This document shows, piece after piece, positions 1 to 10,867 of a stretch of 64,000 bases of DNA; the stretch's first letter is position 1; each line of letters begins with the position of its first letter. Where the stretch lies: positions 106,516,001-106,580,000 of the forward strand of contig CM097882.1 in assembly GCA_044892505.1 (NCBI GenBank), read 5' to 3'. The notes under the pieces were generated by a model. That model was given only the letters and a program-made list of their open reading frames with translations, was not told where the DNA came from and did no database searches. The translations under genes were made by a program, and so were the position numbers. The DNA comes from Schmidtea nova. Lineage: Eukaryota.

Positions 1-870
1 CTTAGAGAAGTCTTGATAGATGATATTACCCCAGGAAATCGAAGTTGAACGATTACGTCAGCAGTATAAATCGCCCGATGATACAAGCCCCAGAAACAAG
101 CAAAAAGAAAGCTATGGAGAGCTTATCTCAAGAACAGTCATCCTCGGCCAAGCTACAAAGGATTATGGAAGAAGAATCACTATCCACTCCAGCAATATCC
201 TTAGCTGATGAAGATGATTATGCTACATATGAAAGTGACTATGAGGATTAGTCCGACCTCCAATTAACTCTTCGCGGCACTAGTCACGCCATATCGAAAG
301 TCACACCAGAAAAGCCTTTAAAGAAGGTAAACAAACTCATGAAAATGGTGACTAAAACTTTTCAAAAATTGAGTTCCGTCGAGAAACTATTATCAAAGAA
401 AAGCAAAAAACCCGTGTTGAGGTTAGAAAACTTGAAATTTAAAAAGAACAGGATAGAAATTACATCAATGTAAGATAGGGACCTAATTGGGACAGTCTTC
501 ATACCACCAGACCCAGAATTAGAAGAGGCTACCTAGGTTAAAGAAGAACCAATTTATGTAACGAAAGGTGATTTTATAGGAACGGGCAACTCTGCCACGG
601 TACTTGGATAACGAGAATCCAGGATTTTGGCAACGGCCTTGGAGAAATTGGGTACCACGAATAATTGACTATTACGGTAAACATGTATATCAATCATTCA
701 TTTCAAATTTCCCTTACTATAGCGATTTCGAAGTCAACGGGAAGTCATGTGTTATATCCTCGATTGTTTACATGAAAGTCGAAACCCGAGAAAACTCGTG
801 GTCAGTTATCGACCAGATATAATCGAGAACCGGAACAAGAACGAGAGAGCGAACATTCACCAGGGGTAGC
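1..870 (+). pseudogene. Degenerate coding stretch of unknown (probably retroelement accessory) origin, cut by the window edge
   Basis: Higher GC than flanks; several short ORFs in shifting frames (20-208, 45-251, 604-822); no recognisable domain motif. Confidence 0.25.
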
Positions 871-2316
871 TAATAACATATTCGCTAAGAATAACTAGCA
901 TTTCGGCTATGTTTACAAGTTCGAGAATTCACAAACATAATCCTGTGCTATTATTTAACATTGATTTTAATTTTTGTATAATTTGTACATCTTTGTTTTA
1001 TTCAATTAATTTTATCTTTGATTATCAACCAGGTGCAATTTATGTAAATATTATTTTTATTGTTGCTGTAATTGACCTTTCTTTCCCACTTTAATTTTCG
1101 TGACGAAAATCTTGTTAGAAGGAAGACATGGTAGGGTTCGAAGTTGAATGATCTCGTTTAATAAGACTATAATAATTACTAACTAAATAAATAAATATGG
1201 TAATAAATAATAGCTATAAATATAAATAAATATAGTAATAAATAATTACTATAAATAGAAAAATAATAATCAATAAATGCTATTAATAGATAAATACTAA
1301 TAATAGCAACTAATAGATACTATTAATAGATAAGTGGTAATAAATAATAGATATTTTTGTTACCACGTACATTATATTTAGTAGAAATACTGATAGTAAA
1401 TCAGTAAGGAGGACAATAATTATTAGGACAATAAATTATTCTGGACGACTAATTTTTAGCCATAGAAATATTTGTAGACGAAAAATTTAGCAAAGGAATC
1501 ATCGGTAATTACTTTATTTTACAGTCAGTAACTCTTAGCATTAGGATTATACTATCTTGCTACATTTTTCTTTTAACTTACAGGTCAAATTAGGATAAAG
1601 TATCAACTAATTTCTGGGTTGTTACTATAGCGAAAAAAATAAGGGCATATAAAAAATATCTGTTTACCTTTACACCTGTCGGAGCTGTGAAATTATTAGA
1701 TACAGCTTTCGCTCTGAGGAGGGTTTAAACAACAGCATCTTGCTTAAAAAGATAATTGCAGTAGTTCTGCTATTTTTGTATTTTTGGGAAAAAAAATTGT
1801 AAATCGTACAGATAATTAAATATTTAGTTTAAAATATATTTGTTTTTCTTTTAGTAACACGCAATACATAATATTATATTTATAGAGATTATCGTTTGGA
1901 GTCCGGAAATTCATTGTTTGATTTTGAAGACAAGCAATTCTGTGTTGATTCGTAACCACTGATACGAACCGAACCAGACTATCGCATTTTGAAACATTTA
2001 GACTAATGGCTCTTAACATTGGATGCGTGCACTCATGGAGGCGCATGCATCCATGGGGGTGCGAGACAGAATTTCAAAAGGTGCGAGAGAGAATTTCAAG
2101 CGGTGCGAGAAGTTTCTAATTTTTTATGTACTCATTTATTTATGCAATAAATTATCTTGAGAAAAAAATTTATTTTCCTAAATAAAACAGAAACATGCCT
2201 TTCTAGGGAGTGAGAGGGCTTATTTTTAGATTCAAGGAGGTGCTGACCACTAAAATAGTTAAGAACCACTGATTAACACTAAGGGTTCACATAGTGTGGG
2301 TACCGAACCGACTTAA

Positions 2317-2635
2317 CCGCTTAATGCACAGTTCCGTGACATATACGAGCAACGCTTACTTGCAGAATTGGACAGCTCCGTGAACGTCACGGTCGTTGCA
2401 ATTTTATATGTATTAAAATATTAAAGCTCGGTATAAGTCACGGTTTATATTGAAATATTACTGTCCAAATATTTCAAGTCCCTTGTTTTAAAACTTATCA
2501 TACGCAATTAAAATATTAAAAAAATATATTTTTCTTTTATATGTGAGATAAAATAGGCATAAATAATAATTATTTGTAAAAAAATTAAATGTTTTTTTTG
2601 AACCTAAATTAATAAAATAAATGTGCATTAAGGGG
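2317..2635. mobile_element. piggyBac-type MITE (319 bp)
   Basis: 14-bp TIRs CCGCTTAATGCACA (2317-2330) / TGTGCATTAAGGGG (2622-2635), one mismatch, flanked by TTAA on both sides (2313-2316, 2636-2639), the piggyBac target duplication. Confidence 0.75.
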
Positions 2636-3302
2636 TTAAGGTGGGTCACCAAAATTTTTAATATTTAGTTGTTCGTATGGTGTGCATATTAATTTTCTTT
2701 TAATTAATTCGCCACAATAAAAAAAGTAATGTCTACGATGTTATTGCCAAAAATAGAAAGCAAGCTCATTCATCTTATTAATGTTATTAATTATGCTTAA
2801 ATATGTGCTTTAAATAAATATATAAATTAAAGATTTACTTTGTCTTGCTTTTTTACAGATGGGTCTAAAAAACTTAACGATTTTAATAGCGGGTCTCGAT
2901 TGGTAAAAGTTTGCGAACCACTGATTTCGAAAATTTTCTAAGTGGTAAAATAAACATAAATCAGGATGCTGCCAAAATATATTTCGACAGTTCATCGCTT
3001 CCTGAAGTCACAGTTTTAATGTTATGGAATAAACAAACTTTTATCTCGTTGGTAAGTGTTTTGAATCTAATGGTTTATATTTTGATTAAAAAGTTATAGT
3101 AATTATTGCATTAATTTCACAACAACCAGATACTAATTTTTAAGATGACATTTAGACATCTGAATAAAACAAATTTAGCTTGTGAATTTATATTTTATTT
3201 TTATTTCTTTTTAATTTATAAGTTTTCTTTGATAAATAATTTTATCAATTCCTAATGTATTTCTATTGTTTCTGTTGGTGTTTTGATGGTTCAAACTTTT
3301 CT

Positions 3303-3942
3303 TGTTACTAGGGTTACTATAACCTAATCACCATCACGAACAACACAAATGACTGTAAAATACTTGATAAGATTAGTTAGTCTTGTTAATAATTGTTATG
3401 TGCGTTTTAATCCCTCTTTGTTTTACCTATTTTTACGAGGTGGAATAATTATAATTATATTATTATATAATAATATTATTTTTATGTTATGATAATAATA
3501 ATGTTCGTTTTAAAATAAAAAGAAAATCGATACTCTGTAGTTAAGCAATTAACTATTAGAGATATTGAAAAGAATTTTTTAAAAAGTTAAAAAATTAATA
3601 AGAAACACTGATAATTTAAAAAAAGACGAATAAATATTTGTGTTTTGATTTAAAACTTTGATGAGAAGAGTCAATACAGATACATAAATATAATAAATCG
3701 TGAGTAGTACTTTTATCTTGTAGTTTGTTTTAATAATTCGTTTTTATCATTTTCTGGTTTATTTATAATTTTGTAATTTATACATACACAGGTGCACACA
3801 CACACGATTGAACATAGCAATCACCCAAAACCGTCTCGATACTTTTTTAAGGTAAATCGACTGGGTTCTATAATTTTCTAATATATTTTAAAGATAATTC
3901 TCTTAGTGATTATTAGTAATTAATAACAATTGATGTCAGAAG
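3303..3942 (+). mobile_element. Probable 5' LTR (TGTTA...TAACA, 3303-3928) plus tRNA-Leu-type primer binding site
   Basis: TG...CA termini with 5-bp inverted ends; TGATGTCAGAAG at 3931-3942 is one mismatch from the tRNA-Leu PBS start TGGTGTCAGAAG; a gag-like frame follows. No partner LTR is visible because of the gap. Confidence 0.5.
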
Positions 3943-4127
3943 AAAACCAAACACAGATTTGACGTTTTTTTCCCAGCGCTAGCTTTTTTAACGTGTCTAC
4001 TATAGAATTATAAAGAATATAGTCTCTATTTATTTAACACGTAGCCTTGAACAAAACACTTGTTTATACACTAAAAACAATAATTATAAAAAATAAAAAA
4101 CTGGCCTCAAACAAAACTCAATTCATT

Positions 4128-4530
4128 ATGTCTAACAATCACAAAACAAACCAAAAACACCTTATACTAACGATGAAAACATCAAATACAAAAAAAATTA
4201 TTATTATTATAACCCAAATTACCCTAATTCAATCAACTGTCATCAACCCAAATGCGAATATCCCAAATTATTTCAACTATGAAAATGGGACACCGCAAAA
4301 ATGGTTGGAATTTACCAAATAAACTCCAACGCCGCCAAAAATTAAATCAACAAATACTTTTTCCTACAATATCATAGCCGCACTTACTAGTAACAAATTA
4401 AACGAAATTGTGGACCAAATAGATAAAATTTCTAAAGATTATGACCCCTTCTTCAAATTGTACAACATCCTAACAAATAAAAACAATATAAATAGAAGGC
4501 AAATGCTTGAATCATGTCTTAACAGTTAAT
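4128..4530 (+). pseudogene. gag: Ty3/Gypsy-type Gag N-terminal fragment, truncated by assembly gap
   Basis: Reading through one stop: PNYFNYENGTPQKWLEF*...FSYNIIAALTSNKLNEIVDQI...YDPFFKLYNIL...RRQMLESCL, resembling the 'F...P..W...K/F..++.AL....+..+.D+I.....Y..LK..L....QRL..LL' Gag N-terminus of Ty3/Gypsy elements. Confidence 0.55.
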
Positions 4531-5061
4531 NNNNNNNNNNNNNNNNNNNNNNNNNNNNNNNNNNNNNNNNNNNNNNNNNNNNNNNNNNNNNNNNNNNNNN
4601 NNNNNNNNNNNNNNNNNNNNNNNNNNNNNNNNNNNNNNNNNNNNNNNNNNNNNNNNNNNNNNNNNNNNNNNNNNNNNNNNNNNNNNNNNNNNNNNNNNNN
4701 NNNNNNNNNNNNNNNNNNNNNNNNNNNNNNNNNNNNNNNNNNNNNNNNNNNNNNNNNNNNNNNNNNNNNNNNNNNNNNNNNNNNNNNNNNNNNNNNNNNN
4801 NNNNNNNNNNNNNNNNNNNNNNNNNNNNNNNNNNNNNNNNNNNNNNNNNNNNNNNNNNNNNNNNNNNNNNNNNNNNNNNNNNNNNNNNNNNNNNNNNNNN
4901 NNNNNNNNNNNNNNNNNNNNNNNNNNNNNNNNNNNNNNNNNNNNNNNNNNNNNNAGTTTCTAAAAATTATTACCCAAATTATAAAAACAGACTGAAACTA
5001 ATCTGTACAATATATAACTAAATAAATGAAAACAAAAAAAAACAAAGTTTTTCAACAAATT

Positions 5062-5670
5062 TTATTTAAACAAAACGTTCATCTTGGATATCTCTAGGTG
5101 GATCTTGGAATTGTTGATCTGGATTGATTCTTGGATCGGTATGCTGAAATATAACCAAGTCACCTCCCATAATGGTAACAGTGCGGCAATAAACCATCCT
5201 TGTTGTTTATATACTATTTTACGCATTTGTTTTCGATTTTTAGTATTTACGAGTGACAATAATGGTTTCTTGTGTTTGTTCAAAACCATTTTGTCTGATT
5301 TATCGATATTAATTTTACCTCTGACAACTTTCACTATAACATCAAGTAAATCATCAATAACATAATTGGGAAATGATTGGAAAATACTCATTCGTCTAAT
5401 ACTTGGAGCCTTTAGTAATGCATTGAAAAATGGGAAACTTCGATGATTTTTAGATTTTATTGGTTTTTCAACATTCTTAGGTTTTACCTTGTGTGAAATA
5501 AGGTTTATTGTTGGAAAATTTTCTATAATTAGTTTTTTCGATGGGGTAAAACTGGTTTTTGGTGGAATTATTGATTCACGATTCTTTTTAAAGACTTTTC
5601 TAAGTTTTGATGACTTTAAAAGTTTAGCACGGGACTTTAATAGCATGATTGATGTCAAATAAAATTTCAA
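5062..5670 (-). CDS. Polinton/adintovirus conserved small basic protein ('GasderminX'-like), probably frameshifted near the C-terminus
   Basis: LLKAPSIRRMSIFQSFPNYVIDDLLDVIVKVVRGKINIDKSDKMVLNKHKKPLLSLVNTKNRKQMRKIVYKQQGWFIAALLP matches the family pattern ending in Q(K/Q)GGF..LLP (here one G appears as W). AATAAA overlaps the stop. Confidence 0.65.
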   Translation of the reverse strand: MKFYLTSIMLLKSRAKLLKSSKLRKVFKKNRESIIPPKTSFTPSKKLIIENFPTINLISHKVKPKNVEKPIKSKNHRSFPFFNALLKAPSIRRMSIFQSFPNYVIDDLLDVIVKVVRGKINIDKSDKMVLNKHKKPLLSLVNTKNRKQMRKIVYKQQGWFIAALLPLWEVTWLYFSIPIQESIQINNSKIHLEISKMNVLFK

Positions 5671-6278
5671 CTTTGTTTATAAACCACAGCTCCTTCTTTG
5701 TTAAAAATATCCGTTCGAACTCGTAATTCATCAGGACATTGCTGAGTGAAATCAAGAAAAATATATCCATGCGGTATTTGAGTTGCATTTTGAAATGCAT
5801 TGATCAAGAAATTACGATTATTGTGGTAGGCTTGTCTAGCAAGAAAATCAATAACTGTGGCATCTCTAGGATTTTTGTAAACAACGAGATATTGAACATT
5901 CAGGTTACCTGTTCGATGAGATCCACCTTGATGAAACAGATTTTGAGTTATAAAAATAACTGTGACACATTTATGTCGAGCTATTTTCGTGAATAAATTA
6001 TTAAAATCCTTTTCTTTATTCGCTTCCTTTTTAATAATTACATCATCTTGTCTCAATCTGAATGACCAGTTTTTATCAAAACCTTTTATTATCGTCATTT
6101 TATTCTTACAAAATTGATCTTGAGTCATTCCATGCTCCCCATCAGCTCCCCTATGCCAATAAATCTTGTTGAATTTTGACTTGAACATTTTTGATTGCAA
6201 TAATTTGCAAACAAATAAAGTTTTCCCACTCCTACTCGGGCCAACAATTTGATAAACTGCATCATTTCTTAATTCCAT
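5667..6278 (-). CDS. FtsK/A32-type genome-packaging ATPase of Polinton/adintovirus type; Walker B apparently deleted
   Basis: Walker A GPSRSGKT; downstream LFTKIARH..VTVIFITQNLF, YLVVYKNPRD, HGYIFLDF.Q, LRVRTDIF are typical of Polinton ATPases. The expected hhhhDD Walker B reads VIIKKEANKE. Confidence 0.9.
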   Translation of the reverse strand: MELRNDAVYQIVGPSRSGKTLFVCKLLQSKMFKSKFNKIYWHRGADGEHGMTQDQFCKNKMTIIKGFDKNWSFRLRQDDVIIKKEANKEKDFNNLFTKIARHKCVTVIFITQNLFHQGGSHRTGNLNVQYLVVYKNPRDATVIDFLARQAYHNNRNFLINAFQNATQIPHGYIFLDFTQQCPDELRVRTDIFNKEGAVVYKQS

Positions 6279-6359
6279 TTTAAATATTGAATTAAATTAA
6301 TATTGTTTATATTTGTTTAAACTGACTAATATAATTTACTTACAATATTTATTTGAATT

Positions 6360-6897
6360 ATGATTGGCAATATAAATTACAAAGGTAAATGTTTTGTGTC
6401 TCATCTAAAGTTTCCAGGTGGGAAACCTCAACAAATAGTTGATAGAAGCGGAAAATATCCAATTATATTTTTCAAGTCGGGTAAATGTAGAATTATAGGC
6501 TGTAAAGAACCACTCAAAGTAGAAGACTTACATTACAAGATTCATGATTTAGAAATCCAATCCATTACAGTAACGGCAAATATTGGAAAATCTATCAATT
6601 TATTGGAATTATCCAAGATCATACAATGTGTTTATGAACCTGAGATATTCCCTGCTTTGAGATATATTAAATATAATCCAATGTGTGAACATATTTGCTA
6701 GTGGTAAAATGGTTTTACTTGGACTAAAAAGACTGGATTATCATGATTTAATCAGTCAAATCATTGATGAAATAAATTCGATGATTGAGGACAAAGACTT
6801 TTTAGACTTTTTACTGTCCCTTGATGCAAATTATATACAGTATATCACCTGTGACTCATACAGACATACCACGTGCAAATCAAATGCAATAATTTGA
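6360..6897 (+). pseudogene. Intronless TATA-binding-protein (TBP)-fold gene with a single 2-nt frameshift
   Basis: Repeat 1: YPIIFFKSGKCRIIGCK (TBP: TALIFSSGKMVCTGAK). Repeat 2: IQSITVTANIGKSINLLELS..VYEPEIFPALRY + VNIFASGKMVLLGLK (TBP: IQNMVGSCDVKFPIRLE..YEPELFPGLIYR..LLIFVSGKVVLTGAK). Restoring GT in ATGTGTGAAC (6681-6690) joins ORFs 6360-6701 and 6685-6897. Confidence 0.85.
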
Positions 6898-6963
6898 TTG
6901 GTTAATTTTCTACCTCTTACTCGATTCTGATTGGTCGCACGCATACATCAACTAGTATAAATA
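6896..6963 (+). promoter_or_regulatory. Pol II promoter: two inverted CCAAT boxes and a TATA box
   Basis: GATTGG at 6896-6901 and 6929-6934; TATAAATA at 6956-6963, 39 nt upstream of ATG 6995. Confidence 0.65.
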
Positions 6964-6994
6964 AAAAGCCAAACTGATTCATAATCATTTTAAC

Positions 6995-7468
6995 ATGCAG
7001 TCTGTATTCAAACAATCCAGCCCAATGAAGAAGATCACCGATGATTCTTTTGAAAAATCTAAGAAATTAAAACCTTTTCAACAAAAGAAAGACTTTGAAG
7101 TTAAACCTGTTCAGATGTATCACAACTACCAAATGTTTTTCCTGGTCAATGAAATTGAATACAAGTTCTCCAATCCGGTCCAATTGAGAAAGAACCACTA
7201 TTCAAACTTACTTGGAAATTTAACTAAAGAAGATACAGATTCAATCAATAAACTTTTAAAAAGAATCAACAAGAAATTAAGCTGCAGTGAAAACATAATT
7301 ATCAATAATCGTCAAACCAGATTTTTCGACTCATTTGAAGACATTGAGTTCAAAAATAATGAAAGTTGGTATATATGTATTACAATTCAAGGATACAAAC
7401 TCGATTCAAATGATAGTATGACTCCAATTTGGAGAGTTAGCAATGCTAGAATTTCATTTGGATTTTAA
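6995..7468 (+). CDS. 157-aa intact ORF of the Polinton module; possible OB-fold ssDNA-binding protein
   Basis: Intact ORF with its own TATA and AATAAA just after the stop. C-terminal YICITIQGYKLDSNDSMTPIWRVSNARI loosely resembles the end of viral SSBs; the product assignment is inference only. Confidence 0.6.
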   Translation: MQSVFKQSSPMKKITDDSFEKSKKLKPFQQKKDFEVKPVQMYHNYQMFFLVNEIEYKFSNPVQLRKNHYSNLLGNLTKEDTDSINKLLKRINKKLSCSENIIINNRQTRFFDSFEDIEFKNNESWYICITIQGYKLDSNDSMTPIWRVSNARISFGF

Positions 7469-7659
7469 TTTTAATAAATGTTTGGTATAATCATTTGTTT
7501 TCTTATTTATTATCTGTGTAAATTTTCAATACGTGTTAAGTTTATTATTATTTTATACTTGTGTGAAGTTTAATATAAGTTACAAATTTTAAATTACATA
7601 TATTAATTAAGTTCTTAAATTATAATTTAAGAAATTTTATATTTAAATATTAATTCAAA

Positions 7660-8250
7660 GTATGTATTTTGTTTAATTATTTCATTTTAATTGTTTTTAT
7701 AATAGAAATTTGGAACTCGGACATTTTGTTGAAGTAAGTTTAATTTAATTTTTATATTTATTGATTCGCTTTTAGATAATATTCAAAATAGAAAATTTGA
7801 ACTTGGAAATTTTGTTGAAAATATTAAGTTAGTTTAATTTAGTATTATAATTATTGATTTTCTTTTAGATAATATTCAAAATATGAATGATAATTCAAAA
7901 TGGAATTAAGGTAAATTTTATTTATAATTTTGATTTAAATATTTTGTAAACTTTATATGATATCAATATTTAAATTATTTATTTTAGATTTACATCTCAA
8001 AGAATTACCATATAATATATTAAATGAATATTTAGAGAATGATTTTTAGAGAATGATTTTTAAATTTTCACAAAAGAAGGCAAACAGGTAATTAAAACAA
8101 ATTTGATATTATTATTATAAATTTTAACTTTATATAATTATTTCAACGGTCCAGGAGAAACCTCTAGCGATGGTAATTAACTTTTAATTTAAATTATTCA
8201 TTAATTTTAGATAAAACCAGATGCTTGAGGACAAAAAGAAGATTAAAATT
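7660..8250 (+). pseudogene. Micro-exon/short-intron gene remnant with duplicated exon-intron units
   Basis: GT..AG introns at 7660-7705 (46 bp), 7734-7775 (42), 7828-7868 (41), 7911-7987 (77), 8173-8210 (38), most with TTTTAG acceptors; exons do not splice to an open frame. Confidence 0.4.
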
Positions 8251-9025
8251 TTAATTGTGTTTTATTTTAAAATATATTAGGGTGGGTGGGTTCCGTTTTC
8301 ACCCTTTATTTATTGATGCATGTCTGTCGTTGTGGTGGGCGACCGTAATCCAACCAAATTGGAGGCCTCTGCGATGTTTGCTTATTTTTGACTTAACATT
8401 AATTAATTTCGGACATAGTTTCTATGAAGATATCTTGCCGACACATTCATGGTGTGTGAAACACTACGTTGTGGGTGATGTCTTGGTAGCTGGCTACCCT
8501 TGATTATCCGAGACATGATCGCTATAGATAGCGAACTATTGATGTCCAGGTCCTATTGACCCCACTTTGGGGAGGCACAGACGACCCTTGTGGACGCGAT
8601 TACTTGCCCAGCGTGTCTTTTAGGCACAGGCATTTAATCACCGCTCTTTAGGACTGGCAATATTAAAGCACATGTTCTTTATCTTGTCTCTTCNNNNNNN
8701 NNNNNNNNNNNNNNNNNNNNNNNNNNNNNNNNNNNNNNNNNNNNNNNNNNNNNNNNNNNNNNNNNNNNNNNNNNNNNNNNNNNNNNNNNNNNNNNNNNNN
8801 NNNNNNNNNNNNNNNNNNNNNNNNNNNNNNNNTACTAATTGTAATAAAAAAAATTATTAATTGTAATTATAAAAATAATATTAAATAAAATAATACTTAT
8901 AAAATATTATTAGTAATAAAAAATCAAAAATTGCGCTAAAAACTTAAACATTTACTGTATTTAAACAAAAACTAAAAAAGCGGTAAAATTCATAAATTGC
9001 GCCAAAAAATTTTTAAACAAAAAAT

Positions 9026-9104
9026 GACCTTGACCCCGAAACGACCTTGACCTCGGAACGACCTTGACCTCGAAACGATCTTGACCTTGGAACGACCTTG
9101 ACCT
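9026..9104. repeat. 17-bp tandem repeat (about 4.6 copies)
   Basis: GACCTTGACCCCGAAAC, GACCTTGACCTCGGAAC, GACCTTGACCTCGAAAC, GATCTTGACCTTGGAAC, GACCTTGACCT. Confidence 0.9.
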
Positions 9105-9129
9105 TTGACATCAATTACGTAATTATGGT

Positions 9130-9262
9130 GTCATAATTCGTGTGCTATGTAAAAAGCCCGAGAAATATTGCACAATAACGTGTGTGTTATGCAAAACCCG
9201 AGAGTTACGTAATGATCATGTAATAATGTGTGTTATATGAAGTCCGAGCGATTACGCAATAT
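9130..9262. repeat. Degenerate 40-50 bp tandem repeat (3 copies)
   Basis: Recurring GTGTG(C/T)TAT(G/A)...CCGAG...(A/G)(C/T)AAT unit. Confidence 0.6.
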
Positions 9263-9289
9263 ACACACATGGGGGTATTGGCGCAGTAA

Positions 9290-9616
9290 GCTCATAGCCT
9301 CCTACTCACGCTCCGTATTAATGGAGGTGTGGCGATGGTTTGTGTTTTGAGCGCTCGGGGATCCTCCTGCCGGAAATAGTTACGTAAAGATTTCAGGAGC
9401 TGTTGTTTTGATTGTCGCAGTAATCCTATGCTCGATACGGTATCGGTTGAGCTCATTCTCCTTGAGCGAGATTTGCAGGGCCTGTCGCTGCAGTGCTCCA
9501 TGTTGTGATTGCTTCCTGGTTTCTAAGATTCGTTCCTGGGCCACCTCAGCGTGCACAACGTTGAATGGACTTATTGAGTCTTTGATTGAGTGCTTGGTTT
9601 TCTGTCTGTAGTTCAT
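9290..9616 (-). pseudogene. Divergent family-C coiled-coil ORF remnant
   Basis: GALQRQALQISLKENELNRYRIEHRITATI...EIFT*LFP aligns by eye with QALKLTIRNRDAEIAQMKIDTGIVLAI...ELFP of the 28.3-28.8 kb copy. Confidence 0.45.
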
Positions 9617-10867
9617 AGTTATTTCGTTCGAAACGACCCATCCGCATTAGACATTCTGTAAAATAAAAAGGATAACCTGAATGAGCACTCCCATTTGTTT
9701 CTTTAGCAAATTATTTCAGATGATCGGTTTAAGTGATTTTAACCCCAGCTCATTAGATTAGAACAAACAAATATAGCCAGAAAGCGAAGTAAAGTTTAGT
9801 TCCATTTAAATAAAATAAAATTGAGCGACAGACTAGGAGAATATAACAGAATCTGAAATGAATTCTCAAAGGTCTATCACTCCCGTAATAGATAAATTGT
9901 CCACAAGTTATAAACTGAATAATTAGAAAATAAAGCTCCTCTACTAATGCTAATAAATAAATCAGTAAGTTAAAATGAATAGTGTGAAACTCCAAATAGG
10001 AAACCCGTTTTGCGTGCTTGAATTTAGTTCTAGTAAATAAATCATCAAACAGGAAATCCATTTTTCCCAATACGTCGAGTAAGTTAGATGAAATCTTTTA
10101 GACAAGAAATCGTATATCTGCCAAATAATAAATCACTTAGCTAAAGTCCCAAAACCGGAAAAACAAAAGTCTCTCCGGGTAATTAGTAACAGCAATTCTC
10201 CTAAAACGGAAATCCATTAGCGCTGGGAGACGGGTAATGTGAGTAGAGTCGAACTACCGGCCACATATAATAAGAGCGGCGAGAGCAAAGATGTAGATTG
10301 AGGTTACTAAGGTACATGTTTATTACGGTCAACTGGAAAATGTTTAGCCGGAAACCGATTGAGTTAGTGAATTAGCTGCAGCCCTTACCATAACTATAAT
10401 ACTATTAAAGCGAGCTTTGGGTACATTAGATTTTTCCCTCTAGAGTGAAATAAATTTGCGGATATCAATTCTAATTGTAAGTGACATTCATAGTTATTAA
10501 TTATTCGTTATAATAAATCAAATTCCTATAAAAATGAACATATTTTCATGCTCGGCCAGAATTTCAAAAAGAACTGGGCTCGAAGAGTCACCAGCCAGGA
10601 GAAAGAAGAAGCCAATTCAAGAATGCCAATCCTGATAATTATTTAATTATCTCTATACCGATAAAAGCGATCCCAGCCGATTTGGCTCAAAAGATTTTTG
10701 ATCAGCTCCATCGGGATTTCCCCAGAATTCAGCATCCACCGAGACGGCCCAGATGAGATTATCTGCCACGGGAGCGCCAACTGGCCAATCGATGTAGACG
10801 ATGGCAGAAGCATATCCGATTTACAGTGGATATTCCAATGGAGGAACTCGAGAAAATCGTCCAATAC

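Larger units (their letters stand above)
5062..7468. mobile_element. Maverick/Polinton (adintovirus-like) gene module, decayed and truncated
   Basis: Intronless compact genes: packaging ATPase and GasderminX-like gene on - strand, TBP-like and SSB-like genes on + strand, divergent across an 81-bp AT-rich spacer. PolB, integrase, capsid and TIRs are not seen in the window. Confidence 0.75.

Noticed and set aside
4507-4995. Long ORFs spanning N runs (also 8672-8860, 19219-19989, 19346-19915, 19394-19828)
   Set aside because: Artefacts of translating assembly gaps; flanks are simple AT-rich trinucleotide repeats or unrelated sequence.
6360-6897. Calling this the host tbp gene
   Set aside because: Far more divergent than metazoan TBPs are from each other, intronless, no N-terminal extension, frameshifted and embedded between viral-type genes; no gene symbol assigned.
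10643-10864. 73-aa - strand ORF next to the parvoviral hairpin as a viral gene
   Set aside because: No motif; lies outside the terminal hairpin and probably belongs to the flanking repeat.
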